Of a stretch of 64,000 bases of DNA, positions 29,926 through 40,037 are shown in pieces. A program made the translations under genes and the position numbers. Numbering within the stretch: position 1 is the stretch's first letter; every line of letters begins with the position of its first letter. The notes under the pieces are model-generated. The model had not been told where the DNA came from. It did not search any database and saw nothing but the letters and a program-made list of their open reading frames with translations. Source of the DNA: an uncultured Gemmatimonadales bacterium (GTDB lineage Bacteria; Gemmatimonadota; Gemmatimonadetes; Gemmatimonadales; GWC2-71-9); assembly GCA_963812085.1 (NCBI GenBank), contig CAWETL010000003.1, positions 346,642-410,641 on the forward strand. The letters are read 5' to 3'.

Positions 29926-31304
29926 CTGCTTACCGCATCCTCGTCATCGACGACGAAGCCGGCGTCCGCGACGCCCTCAAGCAGGTGCTCGCCTACGAGG
30001 GCCACGAGGTCCGCGTTGCGGGCTCCGGCGGCGAAGGCCTGACGATCTACCCCGAGTTCCGCCCGCACCTGGTCTTTCTCGACGTGAAGATGGCCGGCCT
30101 CGACGGCCTCGACACCCTTTCCCGCCTCCGCGAACTCGACCCGGCCGCCACCGTCGTCATGATTTCGGGCCACGGCACCATCGCCACGGCGGTCGAGGCC
30201 ACGCAACGGGGCGCGTTCGACTTCCTCGAAAAGCCGCTCGACAGCGACCGCCTCCTCCTGACGGTGCGGAACGCCCTCCACCAGACCGCGCTCGCGGCCG
30301 AAAACCAGCAGTTCAAGCGCGCCGCGGACGAGCAGCACTCCATGATCGGCACCAGCCCGGCCCTCAAGTCGGTGCGCGCCCTCATCGACAAGGTGGGACC
30401 GACGGGAGCCCGCGTACTGATCACCGGGGAAAATGGCAGCGGCAAGGAGCTCGTGGCGCGCGCCATCCACGCCGCCAGCCCGCGACGCCAGGGGCCGTTC
30501 GTCGAGGTGAACTGTGCGGCCATCCCCGGGGAGCTGATCGAGAGCGAGCTCTTCGGGCACATGAAGGGCTCGTTCACCGGCGCGTTCGCCGACCGGCCCG
30601 GGAAGTTCGAGCTGGCGGACGGCGGGACGCTCTTCCTCGACGAAATCGGCGACCTCTCGTTGCCCGCCCAGGCCAAGATGCTCCGCGTGCTGCAGGAGGG
30701 AGAGGTCACGCGGGTGGGCGGCGCCAAGCCGATGCGGGTGGACGTGCGGGTGCTCGCCGCGACGAACAAGGACCTCGAGGCGGAGATCGAGGCCGGCCGT
30801 TTCCGAGAGGACCTGCTGTACCGGCTGAACGTCGTGCCGATCCACGTGCCCCCGCTTCGCGAGCGCTCGGCGGACATCCCGGAACTCGTGCGCCACTTCG
30901 CGCGGGGGCTGGCCTCCACGGCCGGGACTCCCGCCAGGGATTTCGACGCCGCCGCGGTGGAGCGGCTCCAGCGCCGCGCCTGGCCGGGCAACGTGCGCGA
31001 GCTGCGGAACGCCGTGGAACGGCTGATGATCCTCGCGCCCGGCAAGACGGTGGCCGTCAGCGACGTCGATCGGGTACTTTCCGGGGGGAACGCACACCCG
31101 GAGTCGCCGGCTGCCGCGACGGACGATCCCTTCACGGCGCCAACCTTCGAGGCGTTCAAGCTGGAGGCGGAGCGGGTCTTCCTGACTGCGAAGCTGCGGC
31201 AGCACGACTGGAACGTGTCGGAGACGGCGCGGGCGCTGGACATGCCGCGCTCCAACCTGTACAAGAAGATCGAACGCTACGGCCTGACCCGGGAGCAAGG
31301 GTGA
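29922..31304 (+). CDS. Sigma-54 interaction response regulator (NtrX/NtrC-like)
   Basis: REC (IDDE, FLDVKM, FLEKP); GENGSGKE; GSFTGA; LFLDEIG; WPGNVREL; HTH RSNLYKK. Confidence 0.93.
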   Translation: MTAYRILVIDDEAGVRDALKQVLAYEGHEVRVAGSGGEGLTIYPEFRPHLVFLDVKMAGLDGLDTLSRLRELDPAATVVMISGHGTIATAVEATQRGAFDFLEKPLDSDRLLLTVRNALHQTALAAENQQFKRAADEQHSMIGTSPALKSVRALIDKVGPTGARVLITGENGSGKELVARAIHAASPRRQGPFVEVNCAAIPGELIESELFGHMKGSFTGAFADRPGKFELADGGTLFLDEIGDLSLPAQAKMLRVLQEGEVTRVGGAKPMRVDVRVLAATNKDLEAEIEAGRFREDLLYRLNVVPIHVPPLRERSADIPELVRHFARGLASTAGTPARDFDAAAVERLQRRAWPGNVRELRNAVERLMILAPGKTVAVSDVDRVLSGGNAHPESPAAATDDPFTAPTFEAFKLEAERVFLTAKLRQHDWNVSETARALDMPRSNLYKKIERYGLTREQG

Positions 31305-31744
31305 GCGATCAGCCGCGCAATTGGGACCAGGAACTCGCCGCCATCGACAAGGTGATCGCCTCGGGCGCGGGGGCGCCGTCGTCGGTCCCGGCGGCCAGGC
31401 CGGGCGGTCCCGCCCCGGCGGGCGGCGGGGCGGCGCGTCCGCCTTCGCGCCGCGCCGCGGTCACCACCTGGGTGCGGGTAGTGCTCGGGGTGGCGGTGGC
31501 GGCCGCCGTGCTCCAATGGCCCTACGCGCACCGCTGCGGCCTTGGCCTCATGCTCTATCTCGGCTCGGCGGCCATGGTGGCCGTCGCCGGCGCCTGGGCG
31601 ATGCTGGTGAGCTGGCACCGTCGTCAGGGCTGGGCCCATTTCATCGGGCTGGGTGTGTTTCTCGGCGGCCTCGTCCTGGTGGCGATGGTCGTCCTTCCAC
31701 GGGTCGGCTACGCCGTCGGGCCGTTGCCCTGGATGTGCGAGTAG
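31301..31744 (+). CDS. Small membrane protein (3 TM)
   Basis: GTGA overlap; WD.EL..ID start; WPY...CG. Confidence 0.7.
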   Translation: MSDQPRNWDQELAAIDKVIASGAGAPSSVPAARPGGPAPAGGGAARPPSRRAAVTTWVRVVLGVAVAAAVLQWPYAHRCGLGLMLYLGSAAMVAVAGAWAMLVSWHRRQGWAHFIGLGVFLGGLVLVAMVVLPRVGYAVGPLPWMCE

Positions 31745-31777
31745 CCCGTTCGCTTTCCTCCGACTTCCGAAAGCCAG

Positions 31778-33271
31778 ATGCCAAAGACCTTCAAGAACTT
31801 CATCGCCGGGTCCTGGGTGGCGCCCTCCACCGGCACCCACTTCGAGAACCGCAATCCCGCCAATACCCGCGACCTGATCGGGCGTTTCCCCGATTCCGGT
31901 GCCGCCGACATCCAGGCCGCCGTCCGTTCCGCCAAGCGCGGGTTCGAGCGGTGGAGCCGCACGCCGGCGCCGGCCCGCGGCGACGTGCTCCGCCGCCTCG
32001 GCGACCTCCTCGTCCGCCACAAGGAAGAGCTGGCCGACGGCATGACGCGCGAAATGGGCAAGGTGCTCGCGGAGACGCGCGGTGACGTGCAGGAGGGCAT
32101 CGACACCGCCTACTACGCCGCCACCGAAGGCCGCCGGCTCTTCGGCCACACGGTGCCGTCCGAGCTCCGGGCCAAGTGGGCGATGAGCTTCCGGCGGCCG
32201 ATCGGCGTGGCCGGTCTCATCACGCCGTTCAATTTTCCGCTCGCGATCCCCACCTGGAAGATGTTCCCCGCGCTCCTCTGCGGAAACGCCGTGATCATCA
32301 AGCCTTCGGAGGACGTCCCCCACACGACGCACCGTCTCGTGGAACTCCTTCTGGAGGCCGGATTGCCGCCGGAGGTCATCCAGCTGGTGCACGGACGCGG
32401 TGCCTCGGCGGGCAAGGCGCTGGTCGAGCACCCCGACGTGCCGGTCATCTCCTTCACGGGCTCGACGGCCACCGGCTCCTTCATCGGCGAGACCTGCGGC
32501 CGCATGCACAAGCGGCTCTCGCTCGAGATGGGCGGCAAGAACGCCCAGATCGTCATGGACGACGCCGACCTCGACCTGGCGCTGGAAGGGGTGCTCTGGG
32601 GCGCCTTCGGGACCACCGGCCAGCGCTGCACGGCCACGAGTCGGCTGATCCTGCACCGCAAGATCCACGACCGCTTCCTCAAGCGCCTCGTGGAGGCCGT
32701 CGAGGGGCTTCGCTTGGGCGACGGCCGGGTGGACGGCACCGACGTGGGGCCGCTGATCCACGAGCGCTCCCGGCAGAAGGTGGAGTCGTACGTGGCCATC
32801 GGGCTGGAAGAGGGCGCGGAACTGGTGACCGGAGGCCGGAAGCCCGGCGGCGAGCGGCTGGGGCACGGCTTCTTCTTCCGGCCGACCATCTTCGCTGGCG
32901 TGACGCCGTCGATGCGGCTCGCCCAGGAGGAGATCTTCGGCCCGGTGCTGAGCGTCATCGAGGTCCGCAACTTCGACGAGGCGGTACGGGTCAACAACGG
33001 GGTCAAGTACGGCCTGTCGAGTTCGGTCTACACCCGGGACGTCAACCTCTCCTTCCGGGCCCTGCAGGAGCTGGACAACGGCATCACCTACATCAACGCC
33101 CCGACCATCGGGGCAGAAGCGCACCTTCCGTTCGGCGGCGTCAAGCAGACCGGGAACGGGCACCGCGAGGGCGGGTGGGAGGTCTACGAGTTCTACTCCG
33201 AGACGAAGGTCGGCTACGTGGACTACAGCGGCACCCTGCAGCGTGCGCAGATCGACAACTACGACGACTGA
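31778..33271 (+). CDS. Aldehyde dehydrogenase
   Basis: ITPFNFP; FTGS; LEMGGKN; GQRCTA; EEIFGPV; PFGGVK. Confidence 0.95.
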   Translation: MPKTFKNFIAGSWVAPSTGTHFENRNPANTRDLIGRFPDSGAADIQAAVRSAKRGFERWSRTPAPARGDVLRRLGDLLVRHKEELADGMTREMGKVLAETRGDVQEGIDTAYYAATEGRRLFGHTVPSELRAKWAMSFRRPIGVAGLITPFNFPLAIPTWKMFPALLCGNAVIIKPSEDVPHTTHRLVELLLEAGLPPEVIQLVHGRGASAGKALVEHPDVPVISFTGSTATGSFIGETCGRMHKRLSLEMGGKNAQIVMDDADLDLALEGVLWGAFGTTGQRCTATSRLILHRKIHDRFLKRLVEAVEGLRLGDGRVDGTDVGPLIHERSRQKVESYVAIGLEEGAELVTGGRKPGGERLGHGFFFRPTIFAGVTPSMRLAQEEIFGPVLSVIEVRNFDEAVRVNNGVKYGLSSSVYTRDVNLSFRALQELDNGITYINAPTIGAEAHLPFGGVKQTGNGHREGGWEVYEFYSETKVGYVDYSGTLQRAQIDNYDD

Positions 33272-33344
33272 TCCCCCGTTGCGCGGGTTCGGGGCGGCCG
33301 CTAAGGTTCCTGCGTAGCGGCCTGCCCACCCGAGGTTTCCGCCT

Positions 33345-34214
33345 ATGCGCCCACTCCAGGTCGGTTCCACGCGACGCGGCCCCACGTCCGACGAGGGGTC
33401 GCTCGACCAGTACCTCCGCGAGATCAGCCGCTATCCGCTGATCCCGCAGACGGAGGAGGTCACGCTCGCGCAGGGGATCCGGCGCGGCGACGCGGAATCG
33501 CTGGACAAGCTCGTCCGGAGCAATCTTCGCTTCGTCGTCTCCGTGGCCAAGAAGTACCAGAACCAGGGCGTGAGCCTGGCCGACCTGATCAACGAGGGCA
33601 ACCTCGGCCTCATCCGCGCGGCACACAAGTTCGACGAGACCAAGGGCATCAAGTTCATCTCGTACGCCGTATGGTGGATCCGCCAGGCGATCCTGCAGGC
33701 GCTGGCGGAGCAGAGCCGCATCGTCCGGGTGCCGCTCAACCGGGCGGGCACCCTGCACCGGATCGGCAAGAAGAGCTCGATGCTCCTCCAGGAGCTCGGC
33801 CGGGAGCCCACGCCGGCCGAGATCGCCGAGGGGATGGACATCTCGATGGAGGAGGTCCAGAAGACCCTCTCCATTTCCCAGGGGCATCTCTCCCTCGACG
33901 CTCCCATGACGCCGGGCGAGGACAACAAGCTCCTCGACTACCTCCCCGACACCCAGAACGCCGGCTCCGACAGCGACACCTTCGAGCACGCCCTGACCGA
34001 GGGCATCGAGGAGGTACTGGGCACGCTCAAGGAGCGCGAGGCGAAGATCCTGCGACTGTACTTCGGCCTCGAGGGTCCGGAGCCGATGACCCTCGAGGAG
34101 ATCGGCACGCTGCTCGGCATCACCCGTGAACGGGTGCGCCAAATCAAGGAAAAGGCGCTGAGCCGGCTCCGGCACGTCAGCCGGGCGCGCTCGCTGGAAA
34201 GCTTCCTCTCCTAA
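33345..34214 (+). CDS. RNA polymerase sigma-70 factor (RpoD/RpoS-like, lacking region 1.1)
   Basis: YLREI; NLRFVVSVAKKY; DLINEGNLGL; KFISYAVWWIRQ; TLEEIG...TRERVRQI. Confidence 0.93.
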   Translation: MRPLQVGSTRRGPTSDEGSLDQYLREISRYPLIPQTEEVTLAQGIRRGDAESLDKLVRSNLRFVVSVAKKYQNQGVSLADLINEGNLGLIRAAHKFDETKGIKFISYAVWWIRQAILQALAEQSRIVRVPLNRAGTLHRIGKKSSMLLQELGREPTPAEIAEGMDISMEEVQKTLSISQGHLSLDAPMTPGEDNKLLDYLPDTQNAGSDSDTFEHALTEGIEEVLGTLKEREAKILRLYFGLEGPEPMTLEEIGTLLGITRERVRQIKEKALSRLRHVSRARSLESFLS

Positions 34215-34268
34215 CCCCGGCGCGCGTGCTCCGCTGGCGCCGTCCCCTCTACCCGCAGACGTTTCCCC

Positions 34269-34775
34269 ATGGCCGCTGCCTCCTCGTTCGACATCTCCAC
34301 CGGCGCCGACCTCCAGGAGGTCGACAACGCCGTCAACCAGGCCCTGAAGGAGATCCAGCAGCGATACGACTTCAAGGGCACCCACTGCACCATCGAATTC
34401 GACCGGGACAAGGCGGAGATCCGCCTGGCCGCGGACGACGACTTCCGGATGAAGGGGCTGCTCGACGTGCTGCAGACCCGCCTGATCAAGCGCGGGGTCC
34501 CCGTCAAGAACCTCAAGACCGGCGATTTCGAGCCGGCCACCGGCTCGTCGGTGCGCTGCACCGTGTCGCTCACGCAGGGCATCGCAAGCGACGTGGCCAA
34601 GCAGATCACCCGCGCCATCAAGGACAACAAGAGCTTCAAGAAGGTCACCGCGAGCATCCAGGGCGATGAAATCCGCGTGTCCAGCCCGTCGCGGGACGAC
34701 CTCCAGGCCGTCATCGCCTTTCTTCGCGGCGAGGACTTCGGCATCGAGCTGACCTTCGGAAACTATCGCGGGTGA
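34269..34775 (+). CDS. yajQ: YajQ-family nucleotide-binding protein
   Basis: SFDI...DLQEVDNAVNQA.KEI..RYDFKG; IQGDE.RV...RDDLQ; F.NYR. Confidence 0.93.
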   Translation: MAAASSFDISTGADLQEVDNAVNQALKEIQQRYDFKGTHCTIEFDRDKAEIRLAADDDFRMKGLLDVLQTRLIKRGVPVKNLKTGDFEPATGSSVRCTVSLTQGIASDVAKQITRAIKDNKSFKKVTASIQGDEIRVSSPSRDDLQAVIAFLRGEDFGIELTFGNYRG

Positions 34776-36127
34776 TGCGGCAACTGACCGCCGTGCTCCT
34801 GGCCGGGGCCGCGACGGCCGTCGTGGCCGCCGCGTGCGGGCCGACACAGCCGGAGACCTCGCCATTCCCGCAGGGCGGGGCGCGTCCAGGTCCCGTGTCG
34901 GTGGCCGCGCCGGCGCCGGCCGTCGATTCCGGCCCCGGCGGACCGCCGCCGGTGCCCGCGCCTCCCGATACCGTCGTCAGCACGCAGGACATCCGCATCG
35001 GGCTGGCGGTCGGCGCCGCCGAGGTGACGCTCGGGGGGGCCGACCCCCTCGTGCTCACGAACCCCGCAGGAAGCCGCCTGCTGGACGTCATCGAGGGGAC
35101 GACGTGGCGGGTGCGGGCCAGCGGTGCCGGCATGACGCTCACGGGTGCGGGGGGGCTCGACGGTGGCCGGGTGGACGCGGTGGTCGCGACGCCACGCTAC
35201 CCGGGGCAGTTTGTCCGCGTCGACGGGCGGGACTATCGCGGCGAGGTGACCCTCATTCCCGGGCCCGGCGGCCTGACGGTGGTCAATCGCCTCGGGCTCG
35301 AATCGTACCTGGCGGGCGTCGTCTCGGCGGAGATGGGGAAGCGGGATCCGCTCGAGGCCCAGGCCGTCTACGCGCAGGCCGTCGTGTCCCGGACCTATGC
35401 GGTGCGCAACCAGGGAAAGCGGCGCGCGCTCGGCTTCGATCTGTACGGCTCGGTGGCGGACCAGGTCTACGGGGGCGTGTCGCTCGAGACACCGATGAGC
35501 TGGGACGCCGTGCGCGCCACCCGGGCACTCATCGTGACGTGGCAGGGCCGCCCGATCGACGCCTTCTTCTTTTCCACCTGCGGCGGCCGGACCGAGTCCG
35601 GCGTGGCGGTCTTCCAGCTGGCCGGCGACCCCTATCTCCGCTCGGTGTCCGACCTTGATCCCGACGGACTGGCCTACTGCCGGTTCTCGCCGCGCTATCG
35701 CTGGCGCGAGGAATACACCGGCGACAGCCTGGAGGCGATGCTGCGGCGCACCCTTCCCGGCGTGACTCAGCTGAGCCCCGCCGCGGTGACCGTCGTCCGG
35801 GACGTGCAGGTCTCCGGCCGCACCCAATCCGGACGGGCGGACGCCGTGCGGGTGCAACTGGCCGGCCAGGCGGTCACGGTGTCGGGGCAGAACGTGCGGC
35901 GGATCTTCCTGCTCTCGAACGGCGAGATGCTGCGGAGCACTTCGTTCGACATCCAGGAGCGCGCGGACGGCGCGCGCGTCAGCTGGCTGGCCATCGACGG
36001 CGCGGGCGCCGGGCACGGCGTCGGCTTCTGCCAGTGGGGCGCGGTCGGCCGCGCGCGCGAGGGGCAGGGGTACGAGCAGATCCTCGCGGCGTATTATCCT
36101 TCGACCGTGCTCGAGCGGCTGCAATGA
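34775..36127 (+). CDS. SpoIID/LytB-domain lytic transglycosylase-like lipoprotein
   Basis: AAACG lipobox; VN...LE.YL.GVV..EM; AQAV.SRTYA; DQVYGG; GHGVG.CQWGA. Confidence 0.88.
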   Translation: MRQLTAVLLAGAATAVVAAACGPTQPETSPFPQGGARPGPVSVAAPAPAVDSGPGGPPPVPAPPDTVVSTQDIRIGLAVGAAEVTLGGADPLVLTNPAGSRLLDVIEGTTWRVRASGAGMTLTGAGGLDGGRVDAVVATPRYPGQFVRVDGRDYRGEVTLIPGPGGLTVVNRLGLESYLAGVVSAEMGKRDPLEAQAVYAQAVVSRTYAVRNQGKRRALGFDLYGSVADQVYGGVSLETPMSWDAVRATRALIVTWQGRPIDAFFFSTCGGRTESGVAVFQLAGDPYLRSVSDLDPDGLAYCRFSPRYRWREEYTGDSLEAMLRRTLPGVTQLSPAAVTVVRDVQVSGRTQSGRADAVRVQLAGQAVTVSGQNVRRIFLLSNGEMLRSTSFDIQERADGARVSWLAIDGAGAGHGVGFCQWGAVGRAREGQGYEQILAAYYPSTVLERLQ

Positions 36128-36149
36128 ACCGCACTTCGGGGAGCGACGA

Positions 36150-37160
36150 ATGAGCGACACCCTTCGCGTGGCCGTGATCGGGGCCGGGGCGATCACCCAG
36201 GTGGCGCACCTGCCGGTCCTCAGGAAGCTCAAGGGCGTCGCGGTGAAAGCCATCTGCGACAACGATTTCGCGAAGGCGAGATCGCTGGCCGAGCGGTTCG
36301 AGGTCCCCGACGCCTACGACGACATCGAGGAACTGCTCAGCAGCACGGAGTTGGACGCGGTCGTGGTCTGCACGCCGAACCATCTCCACGAGGGGCACGT
36401 CCTCGCCGCCATCGGCGCCGGGCTCCACGTGCTGGTCGAACGGCCGCTGGCCCTCAACACCGCCAGTGCGCAGCGCATCATTCGCGGCGCCGAGAAGAAG
36501 GACCGCGTGGTGATGGTCGGAATGAACCACCGCTACCGCGCCGACGTGCAGATCGTCCGCAGCTTCGTCCAGACCGGGGAGCTCGGCGAGGTCGAGAGCG
36601 TCCGCGGCAGCTGGCATGTCTTCCGCCCGAGCCGCGCCCAGCTCGGCTGGCGCCTCCGGCGGGACCTGGCGGGCGGCGGGGCGATGCTCGATCTCGGCCT
36701 CTCCATTCTCGACCTCGGCCTCTGGCTCGCCGGGAACCCGAAGCCGGTGCGGGTCAGCGCCACGCTCGACCGCCCGGGTCGGGAGCGGGCGACCGAGCAG
36801 GCCGGCAGCGCGTTCGTCGTCTGCGAGGGTGGCGGCAGCATCTTCGTCGATGTCACCTGGCATCATCTCGGCGAAGGCGAGCGGTTCGGGATGGGACTCC
36901 GCGGCAGCAAGGGGACGGCCAGCATCAACCCGTTGAAGGTCTGGAAGGAAATGCACGGCTCGCCGATGGACATGGCGCCGACGGGGTCGGTCTCCAAGGA
37001 AAACAGCTTCACCGCGTCGTACCGGGCGGAGTGGGCACACTTCCTGGCCGCCATCCGGGGCGAGGCCAAGGCGCCGAGCCTCGACGAGCACCTGACGCTG
37101 CACCGCGTCATCGACGCCGTCTACAAGTCGGCGGACGACGGCCGCGACATCCAGTTGTGA
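36150..37160 (+). CDS. Gfo/Idh/MocA oxidoreductase
   Basis: VAVIGAG; D.VVVCTPN.LH; HVLVERP; GGG..LD.G. Confidence 0.9.
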   Translation: MSDTLRVAVIGAGAITQVAHLPVLRKLKGVAVKAICDNDFAKARSLAERFEVPDAYDDIEELLSSTELDAVVVCTPNHLHEGHVLAAIGAGLHVLVERPLALNTASAQRIIRGAEKKDRVVMVGMNHRYRADVQIVRSFVQTGELGEVESVRGSWHVFRPSRAQLGWRLRRDLAGGGAMLDLGLSILDLGLWLAGNPKPVRVSATLDRPGRERATEQAGSAFVVCEGGGSIFVDVTWHHLGEGERFGMGLRGSKGTASINPLKVWKEMHGSPMDMAPTGSVSKENSFTASYRAEWAHFLAAIRGEAKAPSLDEHLTLHRVIDAVYKSADDGRDIQL

Positions 37161-38437
37161 CGCACAGGCGCTGGCCGGCGCTGGCGTTGGGCGTATGGTG
37201 CCTGTCGTCCTCCGCCGTGGCGGCGCAAGCCGCCTCGACGACCCTCCCTCCGCCTCCGCGCGTTTCGATCATCACCATGGGCCCCGGCGGGCCCGTCTGG
37301 GAGCGCTTCGGTCACAACATGATCCGGGTGACGGACAGCGTCGCCGGGACCGACATCGCCTACAACTTCGGAATTTTCGACTTCCACCAGGAGCACTTCT
37401 TCTGGAACTTCCTCCAGGGCCGACCGATGTACGCCCTGGACGCCTGGGATGCCCAGGGCGCCATCGCCTCGTACATCAGGCACGGGCGATCCGTGGAAGA
37501 ACAGGTCCTGGCGCTCACGCCGGAGCAGGCGCGGTCGCTGGCGCAGAACCTGGCCCGGAACGCCGAGCCCGACGAGCGGATGTACCGGTACGACTACTAC
37601 CGGGACAATTGTTCCACCCGGGTTCGCGACGCGTTGAACGTCATCCTCGCCGGAACGCTCGACCGGGATCTCTCCCGCGTTCCGACCAGCCACGCACCTA
37701 CCGCTCGCGTAGCGCAGAGCTCACGGCGTACAATCCCGGCGTGGTACTTCGGCCTGATGGTCCTGCTCGGCCCGGCAACCGACCGGCCGCTGTCGGCCTG
37801 GGAGGAGTCGTTCATTCCCGGGGACCTGGCCCACTGGCTCTCCACAGTGCGAGTGGTGAGCTCCGCCGGCGACTCGATCCCGCTGGTGCTCGCCGAGTCC
37901 TCGCTCCCCGCGCGGGATGGGCAGGCACCTCTCTCATTCGCGGAGCTGTTCGCTCTGTGGCTGGCCCTCGGGGTCGTGGTCGGGTTGCTGCTGGCGTGGA
38001 CGGGTCAGCGCGTGGCGGCGGGGCGGGGACGGGGAGGCTTCGTGCTGCTCGGCGGGCTGTGGAGCCTGCTTTCCGGCTTCGCCGGGCTCATCATGGTCTA
38101 TCTATGGGCGTTTACCGACCACGTCGTGGCCTACCGCAATGAGAACATCCTGCAGGCAAGCATCCTCGGGCTGGCACTCTTCGTGGTGATGGCGGCCTGG
38201 GCCCGTCGCGGCGGTCCCGCGCCGCAATCGGTGCGGATGCTCTCGATGACGATCGCGGTGCTTTCGATTGCCGGGCTGGTCCTGCAGGTGCTCCCGTGGT
38301 TCTCACAGGTCAACGGCGTGGCGCTCGCGTTCTTCGTGCCTGCGAACCTTGGCATGGCCTACGGTGCCTCGCGGGCGGCACCGCCTCGCGCTGCGACGGC
38401 TACTGCACCGACCGGAGCCCCTCCTTCGCGGCCGTGA
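37157..38437 (+). CDS. DUF4105 / Lnb-like membrane protein
   Basis: T.GPG...W..FGH..IRV; YNFGIFDF; Y.YDY..DNCSTR; F.P; four C-terminal TMs; probable compensated frameshift 37690-37737. Confidence 0.8.
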   Translation: MTHRRWPALALGVWCLSSSAVAAQAASTTLPPPPRVSIITMGPGGPVWERFGHNMIRVTDSVAGTDIAYNFGIFDFHQEHFFWNFLQGRPMYALDAWDAQGAIASYIRHGRSVEEQVLALTPEQARSLAQNLARNAEPDERMYRYDYYRDNCSTRVRDALNVILAGTLDRDLSRVPTSHAPTARVAQSSRRTIPAWYFGLMVLLGPATDRPLSAWEESFIPGDLAHWLSTVRVVSSAGDSIPLVLAESSLPARDGQAPLSFAELFALWLALGVVVGLLLAWTGQRVAAGRGRGGFVLLGGLWSLLSGFAGLIMVYLWAFTDHVVAYRNENILQASILGLALFVVMAAWARRGGPAPQSVRMLSMTIAVLSIAGLVLQVLPWFSQVNGVALAFFVPANLGMAYGASRAAPPRAATATAPTGAPPSRP

Positions 38438-39080
38438 AGTCGGGCGCCAGCTTGAGGGCACGCTGGTAGTAGTCGGCCGCAGTGGCCTTGTCCCCCTGGT
38501 CCTGTGCCAGCACACCACGCCCAAACAGCACCAGCGCGTCAGTCGAGATTCGGCTGGCGGGCGGCGTCCCCGCCGGGAGGACCGGCAGCCGTGATCCCGA
38601 CATCAGTTGTGACGCGATGTCGGCGATCATCTGCGGAAGCTCGTTGCGCTGCCGCTGCCCGGTGGACACCACCTGCAGGATCGTGCCGTTGCCGGCGTCG
38701 ATGAGCCTCGCGTCGATGCGCACCTTGCCGTAGTAGTCCACGAACGTCCCCGCTACCACGTACGACGCCCCCAGCTGCTTGCCCACCTTCGCCGCCGCGG
38801 CGGCGTCGAGGCGGCCACCTTTTGCCGCGCCGGTCTGGTCCAGGGCCGCCTGCGCGCGCGCGCGATCGACGGTGGAAATGCCCGGGTTCCGGGCCAGGTC
38901 CGTGGTCAGCGTGGCCGGGATGGCGCGAGCGAGCCCGGCGAAGTCCAGCGAGTCGAGTCCGTACGATCCGCCGTTGTCGAACGTCAGGACCACGACCGTG
39001 GGCCGCGACGCCTGGGCCGCGGCCGGCGGAGGCGTGGCGCCGAAGCCCACCGCCATCGCCAGCAAGGCCAGGCGCGACAT
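38400..39080 (-). CDS. Exported CsgG/TolB-N-like protein with C-terminal TPR
   Basis: Signal; V.VL.FDN; V.R......L; A.KVGK.LGA.YVV.G; RIDARLID...G.I; A..YY.RAL.L.PDF..A. Confidence 0.75.
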   Translation of the reverse strand: MSRLALLAMAVGFGATPPPAAAQASRPTVVVLTFDNGGSYGLDSLDFAGLARAIPATLTTDLARNPGISTVDRARAQAALDQTGAAKGGRLDAAAAAKVGKQLGASYVVAGTFVDYYGKVRIDARLIDAGNGTILQVVSTGQRQRNELPQMIADIASQLMSGSRLPVLPAGTPPASRISTDALVLFGRGVLAQDQGDKATAADYYQRALKLAPDFTAAKEGLRSVQ

Positions 39081-39105
39081 CGTTCGTGTCCTGGGTGACA
39101 CCAGT

Positions 39106-39960
39106 CTACAGCGCAAGCGTCCATCCTTCCCGGGCGGCGTCGACGGCCAGCCCCTTGGCGGCTTCGGCCCTGGCTTCGGCCAGGAGCCCGTCCACCTGTT
39201 CGTCCTCGTGGTCCGGGTCGTGGTGGAACAAGATCAATTGCCGCACTCCCGCGGCGACTCCAAGAGCGACGGCTTCCGCGGCACTTGAATGGCCCCACCC
39301 GGAGCGCTTCGCCGCCTCGGTGCGCGTGTACATCCCGTCGTGAATCAGGAGCGAGGCACCCGACAGGAACGACTCGAGTTCTCGCCTCCACCCGCCGGAC
39401 ACCCGATCCGCGCCACCGGGGCCGAGTTCATTGTCGGTCACGTAGGCCACCGCCGGTCCACCGCCTGCCGGCGTGATCTTGAAGCCGAGGGCTCCCCCGG
39501 GATGGGAGAGCCGGCAGGATTCGACCACGAAGCCGGGAACTTCCACGGTGGCGCCTGCGGCGATCTCATCGACCGTGATCCGCGCCGAGCGGGCGGCGCG
39601 CGGCACGGGGAAGACGGCGGGATCCATCTGCCGCTCGAGCACCGATTGCAGTGAGACCCCCGCCGGCGTCGGGCCGTGGATCCGGATGTCGGAGCCGTCC
39701 GCGTAGAGCAGCGGAAAGAACGGCATCCCCTGGATGTGGTCCCAGTGGACGTGAGAAAGCAGCACGTCCACCCTCGACGGCGCCGCCTTGCGCAATTCGG
39801 CGCCGAGCCCGCGAATCCCCGTCCCGGCGTCGAGCACGAGGCAGCGGCCGGTGCTGTCGCGCACTGCGACGCAGGACGTGTTTCCGCCATAGCGCGTCGT
39901 CCGCGCCCCGGGAACCGGAATCGTGCCCCGTGTTCCCCAAAAAGTGATGGACAGGCTCAT
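39106..39960 (-). CDS. MBL-fold metallo-hydrolase (putative cyclic-nucleotide phosphodiesterase)
   Basis: FWGTRG.IP.PG..T.RYGGNTSC; DAGTG; SHVHWDHIQG; HPGG; TD.E; WGHS; LFHHDP. Confidence 0.88.
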   Translation of the reverse strand: MSLSITFWGTRGTIPVPGARTTRYGGNTSCVAVRDSTGRCLVLDAGTGIRGLGAELRKAAPSRVDVLLSHVHWDHIQGMPFFPLLYADGSDIRIHGPTPAGVSLQSVLERQMDPAVFPVPRAARSARITVDEIAAGATVEVPGFVVESCRLSHPGGALGFKITPAGGGPAVAYVTDNELGPGGADRVSGGWRRELESFLSGASLLIHDGMYTRTEAAKRSGWGHSSAAEAVALGVAAGVRQLILFHHDPDHEDEQVDGLLAEARAEAAKGLAVDAAREGWTLAL

Positions 39961-40037
39961 CGACGGTTCCCCATTGCGAGGCCAGTTCCGTGCCACCACC
40001 GGCCCATCGCAATAGGGTGCCGAACGGTCGTCATGGC

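Noticed and set aside
38400-38437. Convergent 3' overlaps (also 46561-46574)
   Set aside because: Short tail overlaps are common in compact GC-rich genomes.
39981-39995. Sigma-54-like TGGCACGGAACTGGC upstream of the MBL hydrolase
   Set aside because: Spacing fits but the -12 is TGGC and the implied TSS would cut off the SD; too weak to call.
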